Counted from the first letter of the stretch, positions 17,732-28,006 are shown. The stretch: DNA of 64,000 bases from an uncultured Gammaproteobacteria bacterium (GCA_964522435.1 CAZFUL010000003.1:57542-121541); one strand, 5' to 3'. Notes: generated by a model not told the origin, from the letters alone. Numbers and translations: made by a program.

Positions 17732-17760
17732 AGTATGCAGGGATATACACTGTTTGTCAA
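17732..17760 (-). promoter_or_regulatory. Promoter of the small zinc-finger gene
   Basis: TTGACA-17-CATACT. Confidence 0.7.
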
Positions 17761-17847
17761 CAAGAGAAGGTATTCCTGTACACTGTCTCTGTGTGTGAAG
17801 ATCAAGCCTTGATTGTGTAAGAGCGTGTATGCTAAAGTGACTTCATT

Positions 17848-18879
17848 ATGCACCATATCGACCATATCCGTCTTCATAAAACATCCCTCGACATGCGTTG
17901 GGCAATACTTCGATGTATGCGAGAATGGTTTTGGCAACAACACTTTATTGAAGTAGAGACACCAATTATATTAGGTTTGCCTGGTCAAGAACCCTACCTA
18001 TCTCCCATGGAACTCACGGTGCATAATGAGCAGGGGAGAGCTTTTTCTGCGTATTTACACACCTCACCAGAATATACATTAAAAAAAATGTTGGCAGCAG
18101 GATATACCAACATTTTTTCGCTTACAAAAACATTTCGTGACTATGAATCATTTGGTGGAACACACAATCCAGAATTTACGATGATTGAGTGGTATCGGAC
18201 AAATGCAACTATTGTTGATCTCATGAATGATGTTGAACAGTTGATGAGACAAGTGTGTAGTTATATAGGACAACACTATCCTGAACAGCAAGAACGATTA
18301 GAATTTATCAATCTGCCACAGGGTATACGGCGAGTGTCTATGAAAGAATTGTGGCAAGAAACAATACAAATAAATTTAGATGAGTATCTAACAACAGAAT
18401 CGTTATATACCCTTTCTATTTCTAAAGGGTACCATCCGCAAAAAGAAGAACGATATGAAGATGTCTTTTATCGCATATTTTTAAACGAAATTGAACCCAG
18501 ATTATCATCTATGGGGGTAGTCATGCTGCATCATTATCCAGCACAAATGGCAGCTTTGTCTCGTTTATCTCCAGATGATTCCCGGTATGCAGAACGAGTA
18601 GAGGTGTATATCGATGGGATAGAATTAGCAAATGGGTTTAGTGAATTAACTCATGCGCAGGAACAACGAGATCGTCTTGTAAGAGAACAACAACACAGAA
18701 AAGAGCTAGGAAAAACGGTATACCCAATTGACGAGGAATTTATTGCCGCCGTTCAACAATTGCCTTCTTGCGCGGGGATTGCCTTGGGAGTTGATCGTTT
18801 AGTGCAGCTCGTAACTGGTTGCAAAAATATTAATGACGTGTTAGTGTTACCCATGTCTCGCATGGTGGATTCTGTATAA
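17848..18879 (+). CDS. epmA: EF-P lysine aminoacylase EpmA (GenX/PoxA)
   Basis: LysRS-like catalytic domain only: EVETP, YLHTSPE, HNPEFTMIEWY, ELANGF.EL, GIALGVDRL; adjacent to efp. Confidence 0.95.
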   Translation: MHHIDHIRLHKTSLDMRWAILRCMREWFWQQHFIEVETPIILGLPGQEPYLSPMELTVHNEQGRAFSAYLHTSPEYTLKKMLAAGYTNIFSLTKTFRDYESFGGTHNPEFTMIEWYRTNATIVDLMNDVEQLMRQVCSYIGQHYPEQQERLEFINLPQGIRRVSMKELWQETIQINLDEYLTTESLYTLSISKGYHPQKEERYEDVFYRIFLNEIEPRLSSMGVVMLHHYPAQMAALSRLSPDDSRYAERVEVYIDGIELANGFSELTHAQEQRDRLVREQQHRKELGKTVYPIDEEFIAAVQQLPSCAGIALGVDRLVQLVTGCKNINDVLVLPMSRMVDSV

Positions 18880-18911
18880 ATCATGCATATTTATTTTTAT
18901 TATTGTATTTT

Positions 18912-19478
18912 ATGGCAGATACGAGTGCAATTAAAAAAGGTGCTGTTATTCAACATCAAGGTGACTTGTATGTGGTAACGGTGTTCCAATTTGTAAATCC
19001 AGGTAAAGGCGCGGCGTTTACCAAAACAAAAATGAAAAGTATTTCTACAGGTAAGACAATTGAAATTACCTATAAAAGTAGTGAATCGGTAGATGTGGTA
19101 CAGGTACAACGTCAAAATATGCAATTTTTGTATAAAACAGGCAGTACCTTTTCTTTCATGAATAAAGATACCTATGAAACAATTGACGTTTCAGAAGATA
19201 TTTTAGGTGATGATGGAGCGTATTTAAAAGAAGGGTTAGAAGTTATTGCGGTATTATATAACGATGCGGTAGTGGCAATTGACTTACCAAAAAAGATACA
19301 ATACACGGTTAAAAGTGCGCCACCTGCAGTGAAAGGTGATAGTGCAAGTGGTAATGTTACCAAAGAAATTGAATTAGAAAATGGATTAAAAGTGCAAGCG
19401 CCTATTTTTATTAAAGAAGGCGAAGAAATTTTAGTGAATACCGAAACAGGAGAATACGGTGGGCGAGTAACTGAATAA
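18912..19478 (+). CDS. efp: Elongation factor P
   Basis: VNPGKGAAF loop with modifiable Lys; PAVKGD; VQAPIFIKEG; ATG at 18912. Confidence 0.97.
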   Translation: MADTSAIKKGAVIQHQGDLYVVTVFQFVNPGKGAAFTKTKMKSISTGKTIEITYKSSESVDVVQVQRQNMQFLYKTGSTFSFMNKDTYETIDVSEDILGDDGAYLKEGLEVIAVLYNDAVVAIDLPKKIQYTVKSAPPAVKGDSASGNVTKEIELENGLKVQAPIFIKEGEEILVNTETGEYGGRVTE

Positions 19479-19487
19479 TATTAATAT

Positions 19488-19520
19488 AAAAAACACCCCG
19501 ATTGAATCGGGGTGTTTTTT
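19488..19520. terminator. Bidirectional terminator with exact CCCCGATTGAATCGGGG
   Basis: AAAAAACA-CCCCGATTGAATCGGGG-TGTTTTTT between efp and transketolase. Confidence 0.9.
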
Positions 19521-19543
19521 ATATCCTACTACCGTAAAACATA

Positions 19544-21454
19544 CTATGTGCGCATGATCTGTTTTACTGTGTTTGTAATTCCCACTGCATCAATCCCCGC
19601 CGCCATATAGAGATCCTCCGCGGTTCCAGATAACTGATATGCATCTACGCCCAGCATGCTGAAAGACTCTACCCTAATTGAGCGAAGCTGTAATTCTCGG
19701 GCGAGCATTGCGCCTATCCCAGAGTGCGTCGTGTGATCTTCTACGGTAATGACCCGCTTTGTTTTTTGGATAGAATCAAATAGGGTTGCATCAAATGTTT
19801 TCGGTGAACTGGCAATGATAATTTCTGCAGAGATATGTTTTTCTTTGAGGGCAGTTTGTGCACGCAGTGCCTCAATAACGATTGGCCCACTTGCCACAAT
19901 GGTGATATCTGTTCCTGTTCGTAACAGGTCACATTTCCCATAGGTATACACATAGGTGTTATCAAAAAACACCTCGCCATTTTCTTTGGTTAATACAGGA
20001 ATTTTATGTCTGCCCATGCGAACATAATAGTTTCCATAATGAGAAGCAACATAGCGAATAATTCGGTCACAATGGTTCGGATCAGCGGGCTCAATGATTC
20101 CGGTATTCAATAATCCTAAAAATGAGCCCATATCATCAATGGCTTGGTGCGTTGGTCCGTCTTCTCCTACAGACAGACCACAGTGGGTTGCCACCATTTT
20201 GACATTTGTTTGGTTGATATCATTCACCCGCGCTTGGTCTTTTGCACGACTCGTCATAAATACACCAAAAGTAGAACAAAAAGGAATTATTCCAGATAAA
20301 CTTAATCCTCCTGCACAAGAAAGCATTTGCTGTTCTGCTACGCCACAATCAATATGTTGGTTGGGCAGGGCTTCTTTTACCTGTTGTGTTTTTACTGATT
20401 CAGCAAGGTCAGCCGTAAGGGCAATAATTTGTTTATTTTTTTGAGCAATATCCAAAAGAGCATTACCATATGCGCTACGGCAATCAGTGAGTGTTTCTTT
20501 TTCATATAGGCGAGGTGTTTCTATTGAAAGAGTTATTTTTTCCCCGATTGGAGAAACTGTTGGTGTTTTTGGTTTCCATTGGATATTTTTTCTCCAAGAT
20601 GTAATCAGATTTTTTTCCTTATCTGTTATTGCATTTTGTGTGAGCCAAGAAGTTGCAAGTTCTTTTGGAGGTGCTTTTCCATGCCAGGTCGCTTTTCGTT
20701 TTTTTCCTTGCTCTTCCATAAACGAAACACCTTTTCCCATAATAGTATGGCCAAGTAACAGTGTTGGACGACGTGTTTCTTTATAAGCAGCCTGTAAGCC
20801 ATGCCACATGTCTTGCATATCATGACCGTTTACTTCAATAACCTGCCACCCTGCAGCAGTCCACTGTTTTTTGGGATTAATCGGCATGATCTGTTTTATT
20901 CCATCAGAGAGTTGTACTTGATTATAATCCATGAAGACAATTAAATTGTGTAATTTATATTTATGAGCAAAGTTCATCATTTCATAGACTTGTCCTTCTT
21001 GAGACTCGCCATCACCAACAAGGGCGAATACTTTTTTTGGTTCTTTCTGTGACTTATATGTTTCTGCTAAGGCAAAGCCAGTGGCTGCAGAAACGCCAAC
21101 ACCAAGCGGACCGGTTCCATACCATACTCCCTTCACATGACGGGTCACATGGCCTTCATAAGGAAAACCAAATTGACGAAATCCGTCACGTAATTTTTTT
21201 CCTGATATATAGCCCGCTTCTGCAAGAATAGCATATGCGGCAGGAGAAATGTGTCCATTTGAAATAACAATTTTTTCACCGCTGACAGAAATAATTTGTG
21301 TATATAAGAGTGCTAGGTAATCAATACAACTCAAAGATCCTCCTGGATGACCGCTTTGTGATTGCACGAGCATATCAATAATTCGCTGTCTGCAAGAACG
21401 GGCGACAAGCTCACTAAGCTGCTGTTGTTTTTTTGATAATGGGGGAAGTGTCAT
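19544..21454 (-). CDS. tkt: Transketolase (single polypeptide)
   Basis: SGHPGGSLS, GDGESQEG ThDP motif, GVAEQ, GEDGPTHQ, VEDH. Confidence 0.93.
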   Translation of the reverse strand: MTLPPLSKKQQQLSELVARSCRQRIIDMLVQSQSGHPGGSLSCIDYLALLYTQIISVSGEKIVISNGHISPAAYAILAEAGYISGKKLRDGFRQFGFPYEGHVTRHVKGVWYGTGPLGVGVSAATGFALAETYKSQKEPKKVFALVGDGESQEGQVYEMMNFAHKYKLHNLIVFMDYNQVQLSDGIKQIMPINPKKQWTAAGWQVIEVNGHDMQDMWHGLQAAYKETRRPTLLLGHTIMGKGVSFMEEQGKKRKATWHGKAPPKELATSWLTQNAITDKEKNLITSWRKNIQWKPKTPTVSPIGEKITLSIETPRLYEKETLTDCRSAYGNALLDIAQKNKQIIALTADLAESVKTQQVKEALPNQHIDCGVAEQQMLSCAGGLSLSGIIPFCSTFGVFMTSRAKDQARVNDINQTNVKMVATHCGLSVGEDGPTHQAIDDMGSFLGLLNTGIIEPADPNHCDRIIRYVASHYGNYYVRMGRHKIPVLTKENGEVFFDNTYVYTYGKCDLLRTGTDITIVASGPIVIEALRAQTALKEKHISAEIIIASSPKTFDATLFDSIQKTKRVITVEDHTTHSGIGAMLARELQLRSIRVESFSMLGVDAYQLSGTAEDLYMAAGIDAVGITNTVKQIMRT

Positions 21455-21480
21455 AAGCCGTGCAGATGCGGAGCAAGAAG

Positions 21481-21801
21481 TTAAAATAAGGCTGATTGTC
21501 TTTGTTGTTGAAGAAGGTAGGTAACAAGAATCGCTGCATGGATGAGAACAATAAGAAATAACACGAACTGAAAGCTGATTTTTTTTGTTTTGTGACGAAA
21601 GAGCATCATCGCAGCGATAGCACCTAAACTACCGCCAATAAAAGCAAAGAACCACAGTGTTTTTTCTGATACCCGTCGTCTCGCTCCATAGGATAATGAT
21701 TTATCTGCCCCATACAGAAAAAACGTAACCACATTGATAAGGATACTATAGATAATAATGCTTTGTGTCAGTAGGGTAAACTCTTGAAATGCTAATGGCA
21801 T
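21481..21801 (-). CDS. DUF1294 membrane protein
   Basis: DK..RRVSEKTL..GGSLGA..FRHKTKK. Confidence 0.9.
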   Translation of the reverse strand: MPLAFQEFTLLTQSIIIYSILINVVTFFLYGADKSLSYGARRRVSEKTLWFFAFIGGSLGAIAAMMLFRHKTKKISFQFVLFLIVLIHAAILVTYLLQQQRQSALF

Positions 21802-21804
21802 AGA

Positions 21805-22371
21805 TTACTCAGTATCATCGGAAGCAAGATTTGGGTAATGAAATTTACGATCTATATGAGAAAATTGAATAAGATCTTCTCGTATCTTATTTGGACGGTA
21901 AATATTTTTAAAGACAATATGCACATTATTTGACGCTGTTTTTACGGTAACGGTGCCATAATTAAATACTGTTGCAAATAGGCCGTGTACGTCTGTGGTA
22001 ACATCTTGGATACGAAATAAATCCAGTTCAGATATGGTCCGAGAAAAAAGGCCCAATTGTTCCACATCAACGATACGATCATTCGTTACTACCCACATAT
22101 CAAGATAGAAAATAATGAATTGTTCATAAAAAAATAAAAGAATACCAAGATAATAAATACTTGCAAATAATACACTACAGGTAAAAAATATTTCATTAAA
22201 AAAGAGGGTTGGGAAGAGGGATTGAAAAATAAAATAGACAATAGGGATCGTAGAAATAAGGAGAAGAAAGAGGAGTATTTTGGGTAAAAATGTTATTGGA
22301 TGGCGACGCAAAACATACTCAACTTTTTCATATGATTTTTGTTTAATAAGGTGTGAGACATTCATATACAA
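21805..22371 (-). CDS. Membrane protein with bacterial PH domain
   Basis: Two TMs, then VVTNDRIVD..GLF..IQDV..FNYGTVTVKTA. Confidence 0.85.
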   Translation of the reverse strand: MYMNVSHLIKQKSYEKVEYVLRRHPITFLPKILLFLLLISTIPIVYFIFQSLFPTLFFNEIFFTCSVLFASIYYLGILLFFYEQFIIFYLDMWVVTNDRIVDVEQLGLFSRTISELDLFRIQDVTTDVHGLFATVFNYGTVTVKTASNNVHIVFKNIYRPNKIREDLIQFSHIDRKFHYPNLASDDTE

Positions 22372-22375
22372 AAAA

Positions 22376-22654
22376 CTAAAAAGAAGAAGAGGAAGTAAAT
22401 ATCGTAGATAGCCATGCAGGGTTAAATAAGGTAATGCCGTTTTTCCAATCTATTCCTGCGCCATTTAAGAGCGTTATGGTGACATATAATATCAGTGCGG
22501 TAGCGGAAAATGCAAAAAATGTCATGAAAAAACTCCCAATAGTAAATGAGGCGGTTGATATAATATGATAGAGCATGATGAGCATGAATATCGCAAACAC
22601 CGCTAATGCCAAAATATAGAGAAAGAGGAATATATACAAGGGAAGCGTAATCAT
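22376..22654 (-). CDS. Small two-TM hypothetical protein
   Basis: 92-aa hydrophobic ORF packed in the ruvB operon. Confidence 0.7.
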   Translation of the reverse strand: MITLPLYIFLFLYILALAVFAIFMLIMLYHIISTASFTIGSFFMTFFAFSATALILYVTITLLNGAGIDWKNGITLFNPAWLSTIFTSSSSF

Positions 22655-22668
22655 ACAAAACCGATGAG

Positions 22669-23682
22669 TTAGGAGAGAATATGCTGGTGTGCGAGTATGG
22701 TCGCAATGCGACCGCGAGGGGTTCGCTCTAACATGCCTATTTGCAATAAATAGGGTTCATAAATAGTTTCTATCGTATCAATATCTTCCGCAATAGAAGC
22801 AGAAAGTGTCTGAAGACCAACTGGACCACCTTGAAATTTATGAATAATCGTTGCGAGGAGCTTTCTATCGATAGGGTCGAGTCCGTGGGTGTCTATTTGT
22901 AAAAGAGACAGCGCGTTTATTACTAAATCATCGGTAATTATACCATCTGCTGTTACTTGTGCATAGTCACGGACGCGTCGTAGTAACCGGTTGGCAATAC
23001 GCGGGGTATGACGAGAGCGAGAGCCAATTAATGATGTCGCAGAAGAAGGAATAGTAATACCTAAACGAGAAGCATTTTTTTGAATAATCGTATCAATTTC
23101 TGATGGTGTATAAAAATCTAAATGAAATAAGTGGCCAAAGCGGTCTCTAAGCGGGTTGGAGAGGAGATGTAATTTCGTGGTTGCGCCAACTAAGGTAAAG
23201 GGTTCTACCGGCATGCGAAGGGTTTTTGCTCCAGGGCCTTTTCCTACAATAATATCAATCGCATAATCCTCCATGGCAGTATACAGTACTTCCTCAATGG
23301 TTCTATTAATACGATGGATTTCATCAATAAATAATACATCACCTTTTCCTAAATGAGAGAGAATCGCCGCCAAATCTCCCACTCGCTCTAAGGCTGGGCC
23401 GGCCGTAATGGTCATATGTGCCTCCATTTCTTTTGCAACAATACTCGCCAGAGTTGTTTTTCCTAATCCAGGATTCCCATAAAGAAGCAGATGTTCCATG
23501 GGCTCTTGTCTTTTTTTTGCTGCCTCCATAGAGATCGACAGGGGACGTTTTACCTGTTCTTGACCAATAAAATCAGCCAATCGTTCTGGACGCATGGCAT
23601 AATCATGTTTTATTTCTTCTGGCTGTGTTTTTGCGGTCACGATCCGCTCTTCGTCAAGAAGCTCCGATTCATCAAAAATCAT
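22669..23682 (-). CDS. ruvB: Holliday junction branch-migration helicase RuvB
   Basis: GNPGLGKTT, FIDEIHR, GATT, LRDRFG, TPRIANRLL, GGPVG, RTPRGR; start MIFDES at 23682. Confidence 0.97.
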   Translation of the reverse strand: MIFDESELLDEERIVTAKTQPEEIKHDYAMRPERLADFIGQEQVKRPLSISMEAAKKRQEPMEHLLLYGNPGLGKTTLASIVAKEMEAHMTITAGPALERVGDLAAILSHLGKGDVLFIDEIHRINRTIEEVLYTAMEDYAIDIIVGKGPGAKTLRMPVEPFTLVGATTKLHLLSNPLRDRFGHLFHLDFYTPSEIDTIIQKNASRLGITIPSSATSLIGSRSRHTPRIANRLLRRVRDYAQVTADGIITDDLVINALSLLQIDTHGLDPIDRKLLATIIHKFQGGPVGLQTLSASIAEDIDTIETIYEPYLLQIGMLERTPRGRIATILAHQHILS

Positions 23683-23823
23683 AAAGATAAAGAAGGAATA
23701 GCTATACGGGCTCATCGTACCATAGCTTGAGTGATATGGAAACAGGGATATAGATAAAAAATTGTCTGAGAGAGTTGTTTTTTTATACGAAATCGCAGGC
23801 ACTTTTTTAGGGTTGTATGTTTC

Positions 23824-23832
23824 TGTGGATAA
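23824..23832 (-). promoter_or_regulatory. Perfect DnaA box upstream of nrdA
   Basis: TGTGGATAA is the reverse complement of TTATCCACA; lies in the ruvB/nrdA divergent region. Confidence 0.55.
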
Positions 23833-23952
23833 CATGCGGATACGATTATTTTGCGACATTTTTTTACTGCTTGGTTGTGCATATTTTAATGAAATAGGGT
23901 TTATTCTGGTCGCATGTATGTGAATGTGTTATACTACGTATCCAACGTTGAA

Positions 23953-24000
23953 ACACAATATATCGTGGTGTATATATAAATATGACACTATATATAGTAA
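23953..24000 (+). promoter_or_regulatory. Tandem NrdR boxes
   Basis: ACACAATATATCGTGG (23953) and ACACTATATATAGTAA (23985), 32 bp apart, downstream of a TGTTATACT -10. Confidence 0.85.
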
Positions 24001-24080
24001 TTTATAACGTTTCGTAAGGGGCTGTTTTCATTAAAGCAACAGCACTTTATCGCTCTCATTCACTCTCTTTATTTTATTGT

Positions 24081-26927
24081 ATGGCCCTCACCAGTACTAT
24101 TACGCGTATTGTTAAAAGAAACGGTTCTGTTGTTCCGTTTGAACCGTCTAAAATTAGTGTTGCAATGGAAAAAGCGTTTATTGCCACACGGGGGAGTGTT
24201 GTTCCTGAAGAGCTGCATCGCTTGTTAGTGGCGGTGCTTGGTTTTGCGGAAAATCATTTTGGTGAAAATACGCCAACGGTGGAAGATCTTCAAAATATTG
24301 TTGAAAAAACCCTCATGGAAAACAATTATTTTGATGTGGCAAAACATTATATTATCTATCGCTACGAACACACCAAACAACGCGTAGAAAAAAAACAAGA
24401 AATGGTGAAAAAAATTGAGAGCGGTGGGTTGTATGTCATAAAAAGAAATGGTGATCGGGTGCCATTTTCCATGGAAAAATTGAAAAAAAGTATTCGCTAT
24501 TTTGTTACTGGATTTGAAGACGTGATTAATATCGATGTTATTGCAGAACACTGTCGCTTAGAATTGCATGAAGATATGCCAACAAGAGACATTACTCGTT
24601 CTCTTATTATGATCGTTCGTTCTCTCATAGAGCAAGATCCAGCATATGCTAAAGTAGCGGCACGATTATTACTTGATCAATTAAATAAAGATATTATTGG
24701 CAATGATGTTGTTGATTTTACCCAAAAAGATGCTCAGCTTCGTGCGGCTTTCCCAGAAGCTATTCGTAAAGGGGTTGCTTGTGGTCGCCTTGACCCACGC
24801 TTACTCGCTTTTGATTTATCTGCCCTTGCAAAAGAGTTAGTCTTTGAACGAGACGATGTCCTCGACTACATGGCCATGCAAACTTTAGCTGAACGCTATT
24901 TTGTTCAAGATCCTGTGAGTAAGGCAGTTTTTGAAAATCCTCAATTTTTTTGGATGCGTGTGGCTATGGGCTTGGCCTTGTCTGAAAAAAAACGAGAAGA
25001 ATGGTCAGTTTCGTTTTATCATGTTATGTCTGACATGAAATATACGCCTTCTACCCCAACGTTATTTCATGCGGGAACAACCCATCCTCAAATGAGTTCT
25101 TGCTACTTAAACACGGTAGAAGATTCATTAGATCATATTTTTAAAGTGTTTTCTGACAATGCGCAACTGTCTAAATGGTCTGGGGGTATTGGAACAGATT
25201 GGACAAATTTGCGTGGAACGGGTGCACTTATTCGTGGAACAGGGGTAGCTAGTCAAGGAACCGTCCCATTTTTGAAAATTGCCAATGACACGACCGTTGC
25301 TATTAACCGAAGTGGAAAACGACGTGGAGCAACCTGCGCGTATATGGAATTATGGCACTGGGATGTAGAAGACTTTTTGGAATTACGTAAAAACACTGGA
25401 GACGAACGACGCAGAACTCACGATATGGATACCGCGTTATGGATTCCAGATTTATTTATGGAACGTGTACGCACCAATGGTAAATGGACCTTATTTTCTC
25501 CAGAAGAAACACCAGAATTACATCATGTGTATGGACAAGAATTTGCTCGTCGATATGCAGAGTATGAAGAAAAAGCAGCAGCGGGAGAAATTACTTTATC
25601 AAAAACCTTAGACGCAAAAGATTTGTGGAAAAAGATGGTGACCATGTTATTTGAAACAGGTCATCCATGGATGACCTGGAAAGATCCAAGTAATGTCCGT
25701 TCTCCACAAGATCATGTTGGTGTTGTCCATAACTCTAACTTGTGTACAGAAATTACCTTAAACACCTCAGCAGAAGAAACAGCGGTGTGTAATTTAGGCT
25801 CTGTAAATTTTGCGAGTCATGTGGTTAATGGTGTGTTTGATCACGCTCTCGTACAACAAACCGTTCGTCTTGCGATGCGCATGCTTGATAATGTCATTGA
25901 TTTAAACTTTTACCCAACAAAAGAAGCGTTGTCCTCGAACATGCGGCACCGTCCGGTTGGCTTGGGTATCCTTGGATTTCAAGATGCCTTGTATAAGTTA
26001 GATATTCCTTTTGATAGTGAGGCAGCGGTTCGTTTTGCCGATACCAGTATGGAAATCGTTTCTTACTATGCAATTCTTGGATCATCTGAATTAGCAAAAG
26101 AACGAGGACGCTACCAAAGTTATCGTGGATCAAAATGGGATCGAAATCTCTTTCCTGTTGATACGATTGCGTTATTGGAACAAGAACGAGGAATGATGAT
26201 TAATGTTGATCGGAGTAGTACCATGGATTGGAGTATTGTTCGTGACCATGTTCGCCAATATGGGATGCGTAATTCTAACTGTATGGCTATTGCGCCAACA
26301 GCAACCATATCAACATTAAATGGGACAGTGCCAAGTATTGAACCTATTTACAAAAACATGTATGTAAAATCAAATCAGACAGGAGATTTTATTGTGGTGA
26401 ATGAATATTTAATTGCTGATTTGAAAAAGTTAGGGTTATGGGATTTTGAAATGCTTGGAAAAATTAAATACCATGATGGTTCTATTAAAGAAATTGCAGA
26501 AATTCCAGAAAAGATAAAAACAAAATATAAAGAAGCATTTGATGTTGATCCTCGTTGGGTTATTACGCAAGCCGCGTATCGTGGAAAATGGATTGACCAA
26601 AGTCAATCAGTGAACATTTTTTATGGGGGAAAGAGTGGAAAAGAAATTAGCGAGATATACATGTTCGCGTGGGAAATGGGGTTAAAAACAACCTATTATT
26701 TACGCAGTCTCGGTGCGTCACAAGTTGAAAAATCAACGGTTGATACCAAGCAATATGGATCAACACATGAACGAAAACAATTTTTTGATGCAGCTCCAGC
26801 AGCAGAACCGTTATCTGTTCCTTCTGTTACCCCTGTTATGGTGGCGACAAGTACTCCTGTCGCTGCAGTATCTGCTGACCTAAAATTATGCAAGATTACC
26901 GATCCCAGTTGTGAATCTTGCCAATAA
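24081..26927 (+). CDS. nrdA: Class Ia ribonucleotide reductase alpha subunit with two ATP cones
   Basis: Two KRNG cone starts, TPTLF, SSC, SNLCTEI, APTATIS, KTTYY, C-terminal CESC. Confidence 0.97.
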   Translation: MALTSTITRIVKRNGSVVPFEPSKISVAMEKAFIATRGSVVPEELHRLLVAVLGFAENHFGENTPTVEDLQNIVEKTLMENNYFDVAKHYIIYRYEHTKQRVEKKQEMVKKIESGGLYVIKRNGDRVPFSMEKLKKSIRYFVTGFEDVINIDVIAEHCRLELHEDMPTRDITRSLIMIVRSLIEQDPAYAKVAARLLLDQLNKDIIGNDVVDFTQKDAQLRAAFPEAIRKGVACGRLDPRLLAFDLSALAKELVFERDDVLDYMAMQTLAERYFVQDPVSKAVFENPQFFWMRVAMGLALSEKKREEWSVSFYHVMSDMKYTPSTPTLFHAGTTHPQMSSCYLNTVEDSLDHIFKVFSDNAQLSKWSGGIGTDWTNLRGTGALIRGTGVASQGTVPFLKIANDTTVAINRSGKRRGATCAYMELWHWDVEDFLELRKNTGDERRRTHDMDTALWIPDLFMERVRTNGKWTLFSPEETPELHHVYGQEFARRYAEYEEKAAAGEITLSKTLDAKDLWKKMVTMLFETGHPWMTWKDPSNVRSPQDHVGVVHNSNLCTEITLNTSAEETAVCNLGSVNFASHVVNGVFDHALVQQTVRLAMRMLDNVIDLNFYPTKEALSSNMRHRPVGLGILGFQDALYKLDIPFDSEAAVRFADTSMEIVSYYAILGSSELAKERGRYQSYRGSKWDRNLFPVDTIALLEQERGMMINVDRSSTMDWSIVRDHVRQYGMRNSNCMAIAPTATISTLNGTVPSIEPIYKNMYVKSNQTGDFIVVNEYLIADLKKLGLWDFEMLGKIKYHDGSIKEIAEIPEKIKTKYKEAFDVDPRWVITQAAYRGKWIDQSQSVNIFYGGKSGKEISEIYMFAWEMGLKTTYYLRSLGASQVEKSTVDTKQYGSTHERKQFFDAAPAAEPLSVPSVTPVMVATSTPVAAVSADLKLCKITDPSCESCQ

Positions 26928-26960
26928 TTTTCTTTATTCTCCTCTTTGATTGTTGTTGCT

Positions 26961-27995
26961 ATGCCTCTCACTAAAACACATGAACGAATTAACATTAATA
27001 ACCGTCGGGTTATTAATGGTGCGGATGCGGATGTTATCCAGCTTTATCCCATGAAGCATACCTTTGCCTGGAATGCCTACAATGTCGGTAATGCCAATCA
27101 TTGGCTTCCAACAGAAATTGCCATGCAAAAAGATATTGAACAATGGCGTTCTCCAACCATTTTAACGGATGATGAACGAAAAGCATTAAAAACCGTCCTT
27201 GGATTTTTTACCACTGCGGATTCTATTGCAGCAAACAATATCGTTATTGCGATGTATCGTCATATCACCAGTCCGGAGTGTCGCATGTACTTATTGCGCC
27301 AAGCGTATGAAGAAGCGATTCATACGCACGCCTATCAATACATTGTTGAATCTTTAGCCTTAGATGAAGGAGAAATTTTTAACATGTATCGAGAAGTAGA
27401 TGCAATTTATAACAAAGCCTCATTTATCTTAAGTTTTAATGAAGGAATCTTTGATCCAAATTTTAAAACAGGAACGTTTGAAAATGACCAAAAATTCTTA
27501 GAAAATATCGCGGTATTTTCATTGATTATGGAAGGTATTTTTTTCTATAGTTCTTTTGCGGTGATGTTTGGATTTCAACGTCAAAGTAAAATGACTGGGA
27601 GTGCTGAACAAATTCAATATATTATGCGTGATGAATCACAGCATTTGAATTTTGGTATTAACCTCATCAACACGATAAAAGAAGAACAACCAGAATTGTG
27701 GACCGAAGCATTTCAACAACGCATTATCAACTTAGTAAAAGAAGCGGCGGTGTTAGAATATACGTTTGCAGAAACGGTATTTCCAAAAGGAATATTTGGC
27801 ATGAATGCTGATGGGTTTAAAAAATATATTGAACACATTGCAGATCGTCGGTTAACTCGTATTGGCTTACCAGAGCAGTTTCATACACCAAATCCATTTC
27901 CTTGGATGAGTGAAGCGATTGACTTATCGAAAGAAAAAAACTTTTTTGAGACACGTGTGACTGAGTATCAAGTGGGTGGAACATTAGATTGGTAA
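26961..27995 (+). CDS. nrdB: Class Ia ribonucleotide reductase beta subunit
   Basis: FFTTADS, EEAIHTHAY (radical Tyr), EGIFFYSSF, RDESQH, NFFE..VTEY. Confidence 0.97.
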   Translation: MPLTKTHERININNRRVINGADADVIQLYPMKHTFAWNAYNVGNANHWLPTEIAMQKDIEQWRSPTILTDDERKALKTVLGFFTTADSIAANNIVIAMYRHITSPECRMYLLRQAYEEAIHTHAYQYIVESLALDEGEIFNMYREVDAIYNKASFILSFNEGIFDPNFKTGTFENDQKFLENIAVFSLIMEGIFFYSSFAVMFGFQRQSKMTGSAEQIQYIMRDESQHLNFGINLINTIKEEQPELWTEAFQQRIINLVKEAAVLEYTFAETVFPKGIFGMNADGFKKYIEHIADRRLTRIGLPEQFHTPNPFPWMSEAIDLSKEKNFFETRVTEYQVGGTLDW

Positions 27996-28006
27996 TAAAA
28001 AAATAA

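Noticed and set aside
17701-17943. N-terminal 81 codons of the 151-aa ORF
   Set aside because: The region overlaps epmA head-to-head and contains a promoter and SD pointing to GTG at 17700
20542-20550. CCCCGATTG half-site in tkt, suggesting a DNA-uptake-sequence role for the palindrome
   Set aside because: I noticed only this one intragenic half-site; true uptake sequences would be far denser. A genome-wide count is needed
23683-23859. Long N-terminal extensions of RuvB (likewise RplA, SecE and the dehydrogenase)
   Set aside because: These are artefacts of longest-ORF calling; the extensions cover promoters or hairpins and lack family motifs
26961-27995. Class Ic (Mn/Fe, Chlamydia-type) RNR
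   Set aside because: NrdB keeps the Asp first ligand (TADS) and the radical Tyr (HTHAY), consistent with class Ia
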